Of a stretch of DNA of 64,000 nucleotides, positions 1 through 13,346 are shown one piece after another; position 1 is the stretch's first letter; each line of letters starts with the position of its first letter. The position numbers were made by a program, and so were the translations under genes. The notes below the pieces were generated by a model that was not told the origin of the DNA, ran no database searches, and saw nothing but the letters and a program-made list of their open reading frames with translations. The DNA comes from Moniliella sp. 'wahieum' (lineage: Eukaryota): positions 186,001 through 250,000 of the forward strand of contig RSEE01000017.1 of the NCBI GenBank assembly GCA_003971905.1, written 5' to 3'.

Positions 1-1230
1 CGCTGGTCCCTTGTCCGATGAAGAATCCATGGGTAGCTGGGTATCGGTCGAAACCAGCGCTTCTACCGATTCGTCCTTGCTTCGCCACCCTGCCTTTGCC
101 CAGCGTTTCTTTATCCTCAAGTCGCGCACGGTCGCTGAGTTGGAGAAATCGGTAGAGACGGGTACCTGGACCACACAGCCACACAACGAAGCAGTATTGG
201 ATCAAGCCTTTCGCAATTCAAAGGACGTGTTTATCTTCTTCTCGGCCAACCAGAGTCGATCTTGGTTTGGTTATGCTCGCATGACTTCCTCCCTTAATTT
301 CACCGACGAGCCCTTCCAGCTTCTTTCCCATCCGCCAAGCGGCCAGAGCCGCACGAAACACACGTTGGCTAATGCTGGTGGTACTGCCGCCCTTGGCCCC
401 TCACCGGCATGCGTTCCCGACAACCACAAGGAGGGAGAAGGAGAACCAGCCGAAGGCACGCCGGCCAGCCCTGCTCAGCGGCCCCCCTGCACCATACCTC
501 CTCGGGCTTTTCCGTCTCCTCTCCCTCGATTTTGGAAGGGTTGGCGCGGTATACGTTGGCCAAAGCTGCAGGCATTCGATGGGATCCGGGGCAAGAGTAC
601 GACCCCCCTTCTCCCCTCGTATCCCCCTCTTCGAACGACGGGTCGATAACATCCACAGTCGCCCACTCGGCCCCGGCTGTCGTGCAAGCGCAGCACGCGG
701 GCCGATTGTTATGCGACTTGTCTGACGGAACGGGGAAGCAAGACCGATCCCTTTCTCCTACCTCGACGTTTTCGGGAGGCAAATCAACAGCCCATCCGCT
801 CTCCCCCGAACCCAAAACCTTTTCCATTGAGTGGATCAAGGTGGAGACCATACCGTTTGTTGCGTCACGTGGGGTGCGCAATCCGTGGCGGGGCAACAAG
901 CAAATCAAAGTGTCCCGTGATGGGACCGAGCTCGAGCCAAGCGTGGGCCGAAGCCTCAAGGCGCTGATGGATTCCTACTCCTCTGAGGCTCTCACCGCAA
1001 GAGGAAAGGGCAAGTTAGTGGATCAGAGAGAGTCCACAGCATCCAGCCTGCCCATCCCTACTCATGCCCCATCGTTTAACTTACCCCTCTCCCATGGCAC
1101 CTCCCAAACCCAAGCAGCCCCTCCGCTTCCCACCAAACCTTCCACCTTGGTCCCAATTATTCCTGGCAAGAAACGGGCGGGTCTCGACGCAAGGGAGGTA
1201 AGAAACCAAGATCAAGCTAGGGGGAAATAA
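1..1230 (+). CDS. YTH-domain RNA-binding protein (YT521-B/YTHDC-like), 5' truncated by the window
   Basis: RFFILKS...SVETGTWTTQPHNEAVLDQAFRNSKDVFIFFSANQSRSWFGYARM (ORF 11..649) and FSIEWIKVETIPF...RNPWRGNKQIKVSRDGTELEPSVG (ORF 409..1230) are the two halves of a YTH domain. They are separated by a low-complexity insert and a frameshift. Confidence 0.85.
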
Positions 1231-2131
1231 CTTATCCACCTACATCCCTCACTTGCTATCTCGCATCTTTTCAATGCGGTCTCCAGCCTGGTCCCTCCCA
1301 TGGACTTTCCACCCACTCCAGCATATTTTATCATATCAGGGCAAAGTGGCGCTCTTGATGCGGGGGAGAAGGCGGATGAGACAACATCGATGATCCAGGG
1401 AGAATTAAAACAAGCGCATCCTAAAACACGAATGGTGTGCTTGGCCCATCACTACTCTCCCACGGAGCGGAGAACAAGAAAAGACAAAGTACCATGTGCG
1501 TTGCTAAACACGAATCCTGCACTCGGCCCATTCTTGTGTCCTCTGCCAGCAACAAAAAGAGGAAACACATTGAAGCGTGCCCATCACACCAAACACGAGA
1601 TGAGCGGTACGCTTGCCCAACCTTCCTCTTCTTTGTCTGCTGTCATCCCCCCCCGCCTTTACCCCCATACCTCTCTTTCTCTATACGTCATATGGGCCTC
1701 ATTCGTCGCAGGCGGCGCCCCATCCCCCAACACACACACACAGAAAATAAGAGAAACACTCTATTAAAAGACACTTTCGTAGTTGTCGCCTCCCCCCCTC
1801 ACGCCTCCATCATACATAATCCTCCTTTATCCAATCCATTCGCATTCTTGTGTTCCATCCATATGTCATTCAATTCTGAGAATTGGTCGGACCCCTGCCT
1901 TTTCCCTCCATTCCACTTTTCTATACTGTGTGCCTCCCCGTTGCTCTTCACTTCATGCGCCCTTGCTGTTACGATTGGATCACAGGCCTATATACATCTC
2001 GGTGTACAGTGCACTCCATATAGTCGTCCTTGCACTATACCATATGTGCTATACCTAATAGCCATCTCTATACCAACGATGCCGTCCCAGCAACGCATCC
2101 AGCCCCCTTTCCCACGTCTTCCCTTACTCTG

Positions 2132-3150
2132 TGTCACGCACACCAGACTGACAACTCTGTCCAGCATGTGACTACTGTATGGACGAACAAGGTGAATAAG
2201 ACGACACCAAAAATGATGGATCGTGTGAGGCAAAACTACCAACCCCAGTACTGATTGCTTACAGGCAGGAACTAAAAGGGAAAACAACACTGTAGATGTG
2301 GAGAACGGGGTGATGGACAAGGAACTAGTAGGGTGCAGTCTGTTGGCCTATAGGGAGCCAGATGGCCAGAAGGATGGGGAAGGTGATAGATTATTGGAGC
2401 CAGAGTTGGGTCTGGGTACCCGGTACAGAGGCATCTATATAGGAGGCCAGGCTATAGGTACGGAGCCAGTGAGACACAGGAGAAATGCAGGGCACAGGGA
2501 CAGCAGTGCCATGCGCTGGGACGATACCCTCAGCGTGGAAGACGATGGAACCGAGGAGAACCTGGTCTACCGACTGAGAGACGGAGGATCACAGTTGCCC
2601 CCAAGAGAGATCAACCCCCGGCAAAAGGAACAGGAGATACAAACGGATTGGCAGCGCCCCCTCACTCCGTTATTGGATGCTATTTTTGTGCTACACTTCT
2701 TCTGCGCAGTGGCCCTCAAGTTGATCGGTGACACGTGACGCTCGCCTAGTCGGGCGGAAGCGTTCCGCTCACAGGCTGTGCACCCGCTGCCCACTCCATC
2801 TCCCTCTCTTTCCTGTCTGTTTCCCTTGAAGCTTGAGACGTTGCTTGAAGACTTGTGGCTGATCGCTGATCACTTTGCCTTCCCGCCTTGTCTGAACATC
2901 CGAAGGCTGCTTTGCAGCTCGGGTGCTGGTGAGCACTGGCTGAGCCCTCAAGCTGAGCAGCTCAGCACTGCTAAGAACACTGAGCGTACTGACGCGTACT
3001 GAGCGCCCAGGCTGAGCACTGAGCTGAGCCTCAGACTGATCCCATAATAGGATGCCAGAGTGCCTCTCCCGACAATACTCCCGCCGATATTCTTTCATTC
3101 ACTCTCCGGTCCGAGACCCTGTATGTGTCAGGCCAGTGTGACGCGTGACG
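2132..3150. mobile_element. Possible degenerate LTR or other transposon relic
   Basis: Intergenic, begins TGTCAC (2132), has GTGACA at 2728-2733 and a TATA-like CTATATAG near 2435. The start is loosely similar in inverted orientation to 3126-3149. No target-site duplication found. Confidence 0.3.
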
Positions 3151-3858
3151 GGTCAGTTGGAAGAAGCTTTTAAAAAGGCCGAGAAGATGGGCTTGGGACG
3201 ACTGAGCAGGAGGCAGACACGAGGTGTGGCGTGCACGCGGGCCAGGCGCGGCCGATCGAGCTTGGGAGGAGAGACGGTGGAACGCGGGGACGAAACGAGG
3301 GGCGTCAGGCGGTCAGTATTCCAGGCGATATTCAATGTTGCATCCTGGAGTTTAAGTTTCAACCTGCCAAGGGAGGCCTGGGGGGCCGGAGGCCGGAGGG
3401 TTGTGCTCGGCTGTGCCAGGGCGGGTGCTGTGACATGTGACACGTGATGCATGTGACCGGCGGACCGGGAGCTTGCGGCGGTGCGCGGGGCGAGTGTGTG
3501 ATGTGCGGTGTGCGGTGACATGCACGGGGATGCCGGGGGCCCAGACCCTGGCGCGCTCCACAGCCAAGCCACAGAGGCGGGGTGGGCAGTAGGGTTGGCG
3601 GGCAGCGTGACGGGCGCGGCACACGCAGGCACGGGGGGGCTGTGCGCCACGCGTGTCGCAGGCGTGGAGCAGCAGCACGCAGGCCACGCGCCGCTGCGGC
3701 TGGGCGGTGGCTGCTGTGTTGCGTGTTGCATTGCCTGCAGTGCTCCTCCCCATGCCTGCGCCCGACACCCCCGCCCCGGCACCCCCGCCCGCGCCGTCGC
3801 CACCAGCAGCGGCCCCAGCAGCCTCGCCGCCCCCCCCGCCTCCGCTCCTGGCGCGTCC

Positions 3859-6039
3859 ATGCCGTCGCCCCCCGCCCCCGCCCCCGCCTCCTCCTCCTCC
3901 GCGCCCTCCTCTGCGTCCCCGCCCCCGACGCCAGCGACGCCCAGCGCACCCAGCGCAAGCTCTCCCTCCACCGCGCCCTCGCCCATGCCCAGACCGCCGT
4001 CCAGCACGACAATGCCGGCGAGCATGCCCAGGCCGCCGAGGCCTACCACGCCGCCGTCGCCCTCCTCGACGTTGTCCTCGCCCACACCTCCCACAAGCGC
4101 CAGGCCGAGCGCCGCCGTCTGGCCGACATCCGCTCGGCCTATTCCGAGCGCATCCTCCGCCTCGCCCGCTATACCCAGCCCCGCCCTCTCCTCCTCCTCC
4201 CCAGCCCCAGTCCGAGCCCGAGCCCTCCTCCTCCCGCCCTGCTCCCCCGCCTCCCTCCCGCGCAGCGGCACCGAATCCGACACCGCCTCCCACCCCTCGC
4301 TTGGTCCCCGCAACTCCTCCCGTCTCCCCGCCACCGCCGCCGGCCAAGGGCAACCTCCCGCGCCGCTTGCGTCGCCACGACTTACCCGTCGACGCTCCAC
4401 CTCCGCCCCCCAGCTAGTCAATTTGCTCCTCGGCCCCGAGTCCGCCAGCGAGGACGACCGCCCTCCTCGCCAAAACAGTCGGCCCCTCCCTCCGCTCAGG
4501 CCGCAGCCCCCATCTCCATCCCCATCCCCATCACAATCCCAGCCCCAGTCCCAGCTTCCGTCCAACCCCACTCCTGCCTACACCGAGAGCAACCCCCCTC
4601 CGGCGACACCGTCACTACCCTCCCTTCCTTCTCCGCCTACGCCCACCACGTCCCATGCCCGTACTCGTCTCCACGTTCTCAGTCCCGCCAGTGTCGCCCT
4701 CCCCCCTCGTTCCACTTCCAGCACGCCCAATCTGTGGCATCGCGCCACCCCACCGCTTACGCCTTGGTCCCTCCTCCCGATTCTTCCCCGCCCCGGGCCA
4801 AAAGCGTCTTGGCACGCAGTCCTACGCCCACCAGGCGACGCACCCCACCCGGCTCGCCCACCGGTCTCACCCCGTTCCCCACCGACCGACGACGCGTGCG
4901 CAAACGCGCTCCGCCGCTGCCTGCCTTCTCTGCCTTCGGCCGAGGAAGAGGAACCGAACCGGGTGCGCAGCCTGAGCCAACCGCTCACCACGGGCTACCA
5001 CCTGCCCCGGCCCCCCGCACCCAACCGAACCGAAGCGGCCTTCGTCTCCTCACTGCCGACCTACCCAGCTGGGCCCGACCAACCCGTTCCGGCCCGGTCC
5101 TGCCCCCACCTGCGCCGCCAGGCACCGACGCCAGTTTGGTCGTCGCACGCATGCTGGCCTCTGCCTTGCCTGGGTGTTCCTGGCCTGGGGGCGAGGGCCA
5201 GGGCGGGAGTGGACGACTATTGTTGCCCCCCTCGGCATGGACGTTGCCCGTGGCCCATGCGCGCGGGAATGCGCCCGACGCGACGCTCAAGTTGCTGGAC
5301 AGGTGGGCTCGGCGTTAGCCTCGGCCGCGCAGTTGGGCATCAGCTTGCTCGCCCCCGCGCCTGCACCTACGCCCACGCCTCTGCCGCGCTACCAATCGAG
5401 TCTGGTGGTGGTCGGGCCCGTCGGCAGCGTCGGCAGCGTCGGCAGCGCAGTTTGTTGCTGCGCTGGATGCGGTGGTGGGGGCAGTACGTGCGTGTCAGTT
5501 GCGCGCCGGCCGAGCTACGGGCACCAGTCGCGTCCGAGCTTAGGGCGGAGCAAACATCGAGCCACGCCGTCGCAAGGTCGGGACGAGCTGTTGTTTGCGT
5601 CGGGGCGCAGCGACGGTGCGCGCACCCCGTCGCCGCACCCGCCTTCGTCGGCGGGCATGGCGAGTCGCATGGCGTCGTCGGGGGCCAGACGATGGGGATG
5701 GGACGACGAGTCGGGTGAGCGGGCACACGTTGCGCGCGAGCTTGAGCGATCGGACGGGGCAAATGGCGTGAGCCAGCACGCACGAGCCAAGGCCCCGGCG
5801 AAGCGTATGCGTTGGCCTTGGCGCGCGTTTTGGGCGGCTTGGCGGCGCTCGAGGCGCATCGGGACAGCTGCCAGGGAAGGTACGCTTGCTTGCCCACCAG
5901 CACTCGTACCCTCGTCCACAACAAAGTCGCCACCACCACCGCCTTGGTCGGCGGCTTGGTCCTCGCCCCAGCGTTAATCGACGTAACGGCCGTGTGGGAA
6001 AACTACTTGTCGCACGGCGCCTTGAACTGGATCGAGTGA
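3859..6039 (+). CDS. MIT-domain protein with long Pro/Ser-rich linker
   Basis: LHRALAHAQTAVQHDNAGEHAQAAEAYHAAVALL...RRRLADIRSAYSERI matches the MIT three-helix pattern. Helical C-terminus ends ...DVTAVWENYLSHGALNWIE* at 6039. Spread over several frames; start codon inferred. Confidence 0.7.
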
Positions 6040-6235
6040 GGCCGAGGCCGAGCCCGACCGCTGCGCAGCGTAGCCTACTTGCCTGCTTGCCTACCCTGCC
6101 TCTCCTCCCCTTGCCCGTCTTTCCACTCTCCTACCTCCTACCTCTGGCTTGTCTCTGTTGTTGGTGCGCGCATTCATAGTCATCTGTAACGCTCCGTTCC
6201 CCTCTGATGGGGCGAAGGGAGGGACGGGGTAGGCG

Positions 6236-9200
6236 TCAAGTCGCTCGTTTCGGACCAAGCAGAGTGGCAAGGTAGTCCCGCTGCTCATAGGCGAGCGAGA
6301 AGGGGGAGGAGGACGACGACAGCGTGCGCGAACGCGAGCGAGACATGGGCGAACGAAGAGGGGAAAGGGAGGAGCGGGAAGAGTCCAGCGAGGCAGGCAA
6401 CCATTCGGCGCCAGGCATCCCCCCCATGGACGTGAGCGCGCTGGAAGACGATGCCAAACTCCCCACCTCGGTCCGAGGCGACAAGAAGCCAGTCCCAGGT
6501 TCCTCGGTATCTGTCGTGTCCCCGACAGTAGGGGAGCGCAGCGTGGCAGGCGTCCGCGAAAACGAAGTGAGCAACGAGGAACAAGGGGGGGAGGAAGCAA
6601 GCATGCCTTGCTCCCTCCCAGACAGCACAAGATCGCTGAGAGAAGACGCGTCGCTGAACCGGTCCGGCCCCGCAACAAGGAACGGCTCCCCTCCTCCTCC
6701 TGAACCGACTCTTCTTGCGTCCATTCGTCCACCGACACCTCATCCACCTCATCCATCTCATCCGGCGAGGCATCCGGCTGCTTTAGCGTACCCCCCTGCT
6801 CACCGGCCCTCTCGACGTGTGCAACATCATCTTCCAGCTCCCGCCGCCGTGGTGGTACCCCGCCGGCTGCCCAACCGGCTCGGTCTGCATCCTAGGCGAG
6901 TGCGCGTCGATCGACGTGGTCCCGACCGGGGCGTCACCAGGGTCCCTGCCAAACGGATCCTCGGCACGCGGCAGCAGCACGGCCCCATCTCGCCCAGGGC
7001 GGGGCAACGCACCCGAAGCGACCAAGGACACGCCATGGGGAGTGGGCCTGGCACGCTCGTCGACGAAGGATACCTCGCCTTGCGTGGTGCCGGGAAGCGT
7101 CTCAGGTACAACCGACGCGCCCTCGGCGCCCAAGGGGGGTACTCTCGTCCTTCGTTCCATCGAGTGGGTAGCCTGAAAGCCAGAGGTGCGGTCCCGTTCC
7201 AAATGGGGTTCCGTCTCATCCCTCGGCTCCGAGAAAGCGACGGGGGGTGGCTGTGGTAGGGGCGCGTTACCGCCGCCCCCAGAATCTCATGATGGTTCGC
7301 TGGGCCAAGGGGACGTGCGGCAGGGGGGCAAGGCAAGGGTGCTGTCGAAAGGGCCAGCGGTGGGCTCATCCCCGTATCGAAACTTGTGCCCCTTGTGGTT
7401 GGGGGCGTCAAGGGGGCAGCAGAGGGGCGGTTTGGTTCGGTGGGCTCTGCCTGGCCCGGGCGGGATGCCACGGCGGGAGTAACGGCCCAGGCTATTCTTT
7501 CCTCGAGAGGATGATCTGGCGGTTGGTGGTTGGGGGGTGGGACAACAAGCTGTAAGGCAGTGGTAGTGCTGGTATCCCCGGCAGCGTCGGGATGGATGGG
7601 CCCATCTCCTGTTGTTCCCTCCCCGGTTATGTGAGACGGTTCAGGCGGAGGCCTATGGATTGTTGTGCCGAGTAAGGCGGGCGACGGATCGTGTCCCATC
7701 TCTTCTCCCCCAGAGGAAAGAGGGACTGAAGTTGCGGCACGTCTTTGGTCGGGAGGAGGTACCTTGAGCACCGACGGTTCCACCCTGTTGATAACGACAT
7801 CGGGATGCAATGGAGTGGGCGGGCTGCGGACGGGATGGGCGGCAGGCAGAACTCCATCTTGCTCGGCCACAGTTGCCTCGAGTACTGCCCTCTCTTGGTG
7901 CCTCGGCCTCGGAGGAGATTGGGGTATGCTTTTTCTTTCCAGACAGCCTCGGGTGGCCTCGAGGACATCCATGGCGGCGTTGGGCCATGTCCAGATGTAA
8001 GATCTAAAGCAAGTCAGTCGACGCTCTCGTATATTGCAACCAATACGTACGCGCCATCCCATTGGGTAGGTTCCACCACGTCCACCGGCTGCACCGGTAG
8101 CGCCGTGGACGCAGGGCTGGGCAGAACCCATGCCAGTCGATGAGCAAGGTAGGCGACGATCGTGTCGGCATTGCCCAGAAGCAGAATGTCCGGTTGATAG
8201 TGGGGTACCGGGGTCTTGTTGATCATTATAACTGGCACCCGGTGGGGCACCAGCGCGACCAGGTCCGCTACCGGCGCCACATTCAGCGACGTCCCCGCCA
8301 CAATGACCAGGTCCACCAGTGGACGATCAGCCTCGAGCAACTGCTGGAATTGGCTCGGGACACTTTCGCCGAAAAAGGTAATGTCGGGCTGGGTATGCCA
8401 TTAACAGTAGCAGCAACACGGTCAGCCAGAGTACCCGCAACCGCCAGGGTCCGAGACTTACCTTGAGTACGCCCAAGCCCGGCAGATCCTCCTTTTCGGC
8501 TTTGGCCACCCAATATTCCTCCCGACTGGGTTTGAGGCGTTTTTTGCGTCGGTGGTTCTGCGCACGCTCTTCGCAGACAGGACAGCTGGGCACTTGCTTG
8601 GCCATCACGGCGGCCTTGATGTGGTCCCCCTTCACTTGGGTCTTGCAGGTCGGATCGGTACAGGTAGCGGTGGCGAAGCTGCCGTGGCATTGCAGCAAGC
8701 GCGTGATCCCGGCAGCTTGCTCAAGTGTGTCGATGTTCTGGGTATAGTTGCGTAACAGTTGGCCGCGATCTTGGAGCAGCTTGACAAATCGATGGGACAA
8801 TGACGGCTGGAAGTTGGAAGGGAAAATAGTATGCCTATAGCGTGTAGCATGTCAGCCTTCAACCTCCAAGCTTCAACCTTGCCAGGTATAGTTCTCAGGG
8901 CGAAGAAGGGCGTTGGGAGGCCTTAAGGGGGGGGGGGGGACGTACGCAAAGTCGTAAAAGATGCTCGGATTGGATAGAAAGCAGTCCATGTCAAACATGT
9001 CTTCTGGTTCCTGGAGGTCATACTTTCCCTCTAGGAATTTATAGATGCCATTGGGGGAGCGAAAGTCGGGGATGCCGCAAGACACGCTGATCCCTGCGCC
9101 GGTCAGGACAATGATGTTGCGTGCCTTGAGAATCAAGTCGACGGCATCGTCCGGAGTGTTGTATTGCTCCAAACGAGCACGTTTGTGCAAGCTAACCACG

Positions 9201-9793
9201 GTCAAGAATGTCAGATCTGGTTCTGAGACAAACACAACACGTACGCTTGAATCATCCTCTTGGTGAGGATTTGGACCAATCGGTCTTGAGAAAAGTCACG
9301 GTCCACAAAGAATTCCGGCTGAAGGAGGGGGAAGATGGTCAATGCGCCATGCCATTACGCGTCCCGAACGCACGGAATAGCACCAACCTTTTGAAATCCC
9401 TTGGCGATGAGGAATAGGCGAATCTGGAGTCAGTCAAACCAATGTCAGCGTTCTCGCACTCTACTCTGCGAATCAATCCAGCAGGCACCAACGGACATCG
9501 AAGGCGCGTTCATACCGCTGCAGCCAGCGCTTCAGGCCACATTCTTGCAGTTCCGCATCGAGTTGACCGATGCGCTCCGGGGGAAACTCTCGTAGGGCTG
9601 GTCCAGCATGATTGATGATGTGGGGGGTTAGCGACGCGTCCTATCCTGCCAGCCCGCCGACGCGAAACGCGGGGGTGGCCGTGGCGTTGGGGGAGGAGAG
9701 AAAGGAACGAACCAGCGTGCTGGAGATCATGCGCCTGCTTGCCACCCTCCCAACCCGCCAGGGCGGCGTTCTGACGGCTGGGGCAGGCCGCAT
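6236..9793 (-). CDS. SIR2: Sir2-family NAD-dependent deacetylase (class I sirtuin), several introns, long low-complexity C-terminal tail; both ends approximate
   Basis: IIVLTGAGISVSCGIPDFRS, NYTQNIDTLEQ, QCHGSFATATC, CPVC, KPDITFFGE (across an intron), GTSLNVAPVA and INKTP motifs in order. Confidence 0.9.
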
Positions 9794-10047
9794 GAGGCCA
9801 AAGGAGGTGTCGAACGCGAGAAGGCCCAAGGAGGAAGCGCACAAATTGCCCAGCAGGTGTGGTGGCCGGCGCGTCCGCTCTGCGCTCGAACCTTGAGTGG
9901 GAGCGGTGATGGAGTGGGGGAATCGATGATCTGGTGCCGTGGGAGGAGCCGCGTTACGTCAGCGCGTCGCAGCGCGTCTGCCCTTAGCCAGGCCAGGCCA
10001 GCTCCACGCGGCCAGAGCGGCTGCGTCTGCCAGACGTCCCCACCACC

Positions 10048-10595
10048 ATGGTTTCTGAGGCGCCCGAGGTGATCCAGGACTTGGCCATCTATGCCATCGT
10101 TGTTCCCGCACTCCTGATCCTGGTGGGCATCATGTACGGAATCGTCATGTGGGGCGAGCACACGGTGCGCGAATGGAACACGCCGCGCACGCCCTTCCAC
10201 ACGGGGCACCAAGGCCCGCTGGGCTGGAACGGAGAGGGCCAACGACGAACGTACCAAGGTGCATCGGTGTCGTCCGACTCTGCATCGCAACCCTTCTCTC
10301 CAAGGACACGCCCACCATCCCCGAGGAAGACCAAGATGCGGACGCAGATGATGCGACAACGGTGGTGGGCGAAGATGCAGCGAGCGAGGTCACGGCCGTC
10401 GAGGGGTCCCGGTGGAAACTGCGACGAGAAGGGTTCAGTACCACGTCGCGTGCGGGTAGTACGGCCGCGCGCCCGGAGCGCCCTCGCAGTGGGAGGGGAC
10501 GAGGACAAGGACGACCGCCGCGCTCGCTCCGAGGAACGGTGCGGATCATTGACGAGTCGGGCCAAGAACGTATTATCTATCCCCACAATGTGTGA
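10048..10595 (+). CDS. Hypothetical small single-pass membrane protein
   Basis: ATG in strong context (CCACCACCATGG) followed by a hydrophobic segment LAIYAIVVPALLILVGIMYGIVMW. An acidic tail continues in another frame to 10595. Confidence 0.45.
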
Positions 10596-10872
10596 CCTTG
10601 GGTGGTTGCATCATCCTATTTCCCAGTGTACTTTTTTCTTCTCGCAACAAGGTGTCTCGTGCATTTTTTCATTTTTGTTCCTTCGGCTCCCTCATTCGCC
10701 CCACTCCCTCTGCAAACGAATGGGACAAAATAGGCAAGATCCATTTGGTGGTGATGAGGCTCATGGGCTCAATGAGGCAGAGGCTTGGAGACATTCTTCT
10801 ATTATATATAGTCCCCCCAAGGGAGCTAATCTGTGCGTTTCAAGAGGTTCATCGTTTTCACTGTACCTTCCA

Positions 10873-13346
10873 TCACGACCGCGTCGTCGCCCGTCCACGT
10901 AGCGAATCCTCCGGCTCAGATTGGGGCTGGGCAAGGACAGAATCGTACGAAGGGGGCAGGGCCTGGTCATCCTCCGTCTCCACCAGGTCGTTCAAACGGG
11001 GGATCGCCTCGGCCAAATCGGGATAGGCGCGGACCCGGGAACGGGAGCGTGACCCCGCGGATCGGCGTTGTCATCCCTGATCCCCCGGGGCTTGGGGCCA
11101 AAGGAAGACGAGAAAGATGGCCGGCGTACCCATCTAGGTTCTCCGTACCGGTGGCGCGTCGCCGAGCGCAATGGAAGGTGCGCCGTCCTTACCCACCTCA
11201 GTCACCGGGGGGGCGAGAAGAACGCTCGCGCGAGGTGGCACGCGAAGGGGAGGCAGAAGGTGCACCACTCGGACCCCCAGAGGAGACGGAGGAAGAGGCA
11301 GTAGCCGAGGGGCCTTGGTGGGTTGAGGAGGACGCACTTGGTTGGGAATTGCGCGCCAACGCGGAATCGTCAATGGGGGTGTACTCACCAATTTTGCCGC
11401 GGCTGCGGACTTGGTTGATCGGGACATCGTACCCAGGCGTGCGCGGGAGCATATTGCGTTCCTTGGCTTCGAGATCGGCCAGGCTCATGCCACACACACA
11501 AAAGTCATGCCCAGTGGGCTGAAGCGGGCCGGCAGCGATGGACCAAGGCGACTGTTCTTGCTTCAAGGCCTCGGGAACGCGGTACATGTTGCCCGTCCCG
11601 CGCTGGGACAGCTCCTTCTCCTCATAGAGGGGAAGCGTGACGGCGTGGTAGGCAACGCAGCACGAGGGGATAATCACGGGCTGACGCAAGGCGAATGCCT
11701 TGAGCTTGCGTTCCGTCTCCGAGGGGAGGCCCTCCAAGCTCGGATCGCGCGAGTGATGACTTCGACAACAAGCGTGTGACTGAAACGAATGTCCCCCTTG
11801 GAGCCAGGCAGGGTAGTTGGGCGAATCACATTGTCGTCGGGAACCCGGCAATGCCTTGAACGGACCAGGCATGATCCGTGCCACAATTCCGGATAATGTG
11901 TTCCTTGGCTTTGGGCAACTCCATATCACTGGGGCGGTGCGGGATAAATCCCTTCTCAAACAGGCGGTGCTTGATGGGTGGGACCGACTGTTTTCCCCTC
12001 TTGGCCGTATACAAATCGATCTGCGTCTCAAGGGAGACACGGACCATGTAGACGATCAAGTCGGTGGGAGGGTTAGGCGAGTGGACATCAATGTTGAAGA
12101 TACCGCCGACAGAGATGTTGTTGGAAGTACAGGCAATGCTCAGCAACCCGACGTAGGGTGAAGATCATTGTACATGACCGCCATGGCCGTCGATGGCGAC
12201 TCGATACTCGGCACCGTCATGGGGAAAATTTCTCGCACCGCATCCACGTTCGACTTGGCCCGCCCTGCGCCAATCGCAGTCGCCTTGATCGTATACCGAA
12301 CCCGTCCATACGGAGAGCGTTCGAACGTGGCGCAGTTGGAGGGCAGAATAAACGCAAACTCAAATCTGTAGAAACATCGGGGTCAGCGTACCGACGTTGG
12401 CTCGACGGCTGTGCAAGGGACATACCCATGAATCCCCTTGGCGACAAACATGCCCTCGTCGTCGTCGGCCTCAAACACGGAATCGTCGTGGGGACGCTCA
12501 GAGCGAGAAGGTGCACGGGAAGTCAGTCCCTTGCTCGGAGAGCGAGATGGCTGCACGGGGTGGTGATGGTTTGCGGGATTGGGTGGGGGCGCTGTCCCTT
12601 CTTCTGGCACTATGGAGGGACGGTGGTGAGGGCGACCGCGGTGCTCCTCGTCCGTCCGCCCGAGAATGATGGGCGAGACACTCTGCGCCCAGGCACAGTA
12701 GCCGAACTGAACAGTCCACCCGGATGGACGGGATTGCGGGAGCTGGATCGCCCGCGGCTAGAGGGGGAGACAGGGCGCGAGGGTCTACTGGCGGTCCGGC
12801 TGGACGAGCGCCCGCGCATGGCCGCGGCAAGCGCACCGGCCAGTCCGGTAACACTTTGATCGCGACGCGTACGGGACGTGTCACGGCGCTCGGCGCGTCC
12901 ACGATCTTCACACTCGCTATCGCTACTCTCCCGCTCGGGGAGGGGGCGCGACTGGTCGATCGGGAGGGAGCGCGGGAAACCGAGCGGCTGGTCGAGGCGC
13001 GGACACGACTGTGGCTGTGGCTGTGGCTGTGCCGGGAGCGGGAGGCACGCCGATCTCCAGGGTCTTATCCATGATGATGCGCTCGTCCCAGTTGACAGGC
13101 ACGGTTGAGGTCTGTTGGTCCAGAATGCCAATCATCTCCGACGCACGGAGACGGACGCGGATCCGCCAATGTGCCGGTCGCTGGGCACCTGCAGCTCAAT
13201 CAGCCCGCGCACCAGCTCGTCATCTGCCTGGGGCGGAGCGTCGGGGTTGGCGGAGCGGACGGGGGCGGACTCGGGGGGTGGAGGAAGATGACGTTTTGGA
13301 GCAGATGGATCTTGACCTCCGAGGGCTGGAAAAAGGTGGAGAGCAT
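10873..13346 (-). CDS. Alpha-arrestin-like (ART family) ubiquitin-ligase adaptor
   Basis: N-terminus MLSTFFQPSEVKIHLLQNVIFLHP; beta-sandwich-like segments (RFSHTLVVEV, LRQPVIIPSCC); PY-type motifs LPLY and a C-terminal LPPSY; stop at 10873. Multiple frameshifts. Confidence 0.65.

Noticed and set aside
3153..4571. Long antisense ORFs (here and opposite many other genes)
   Set aside because: Shadow ORFs expected in GC-rich coding DNA; no recognisable domains.
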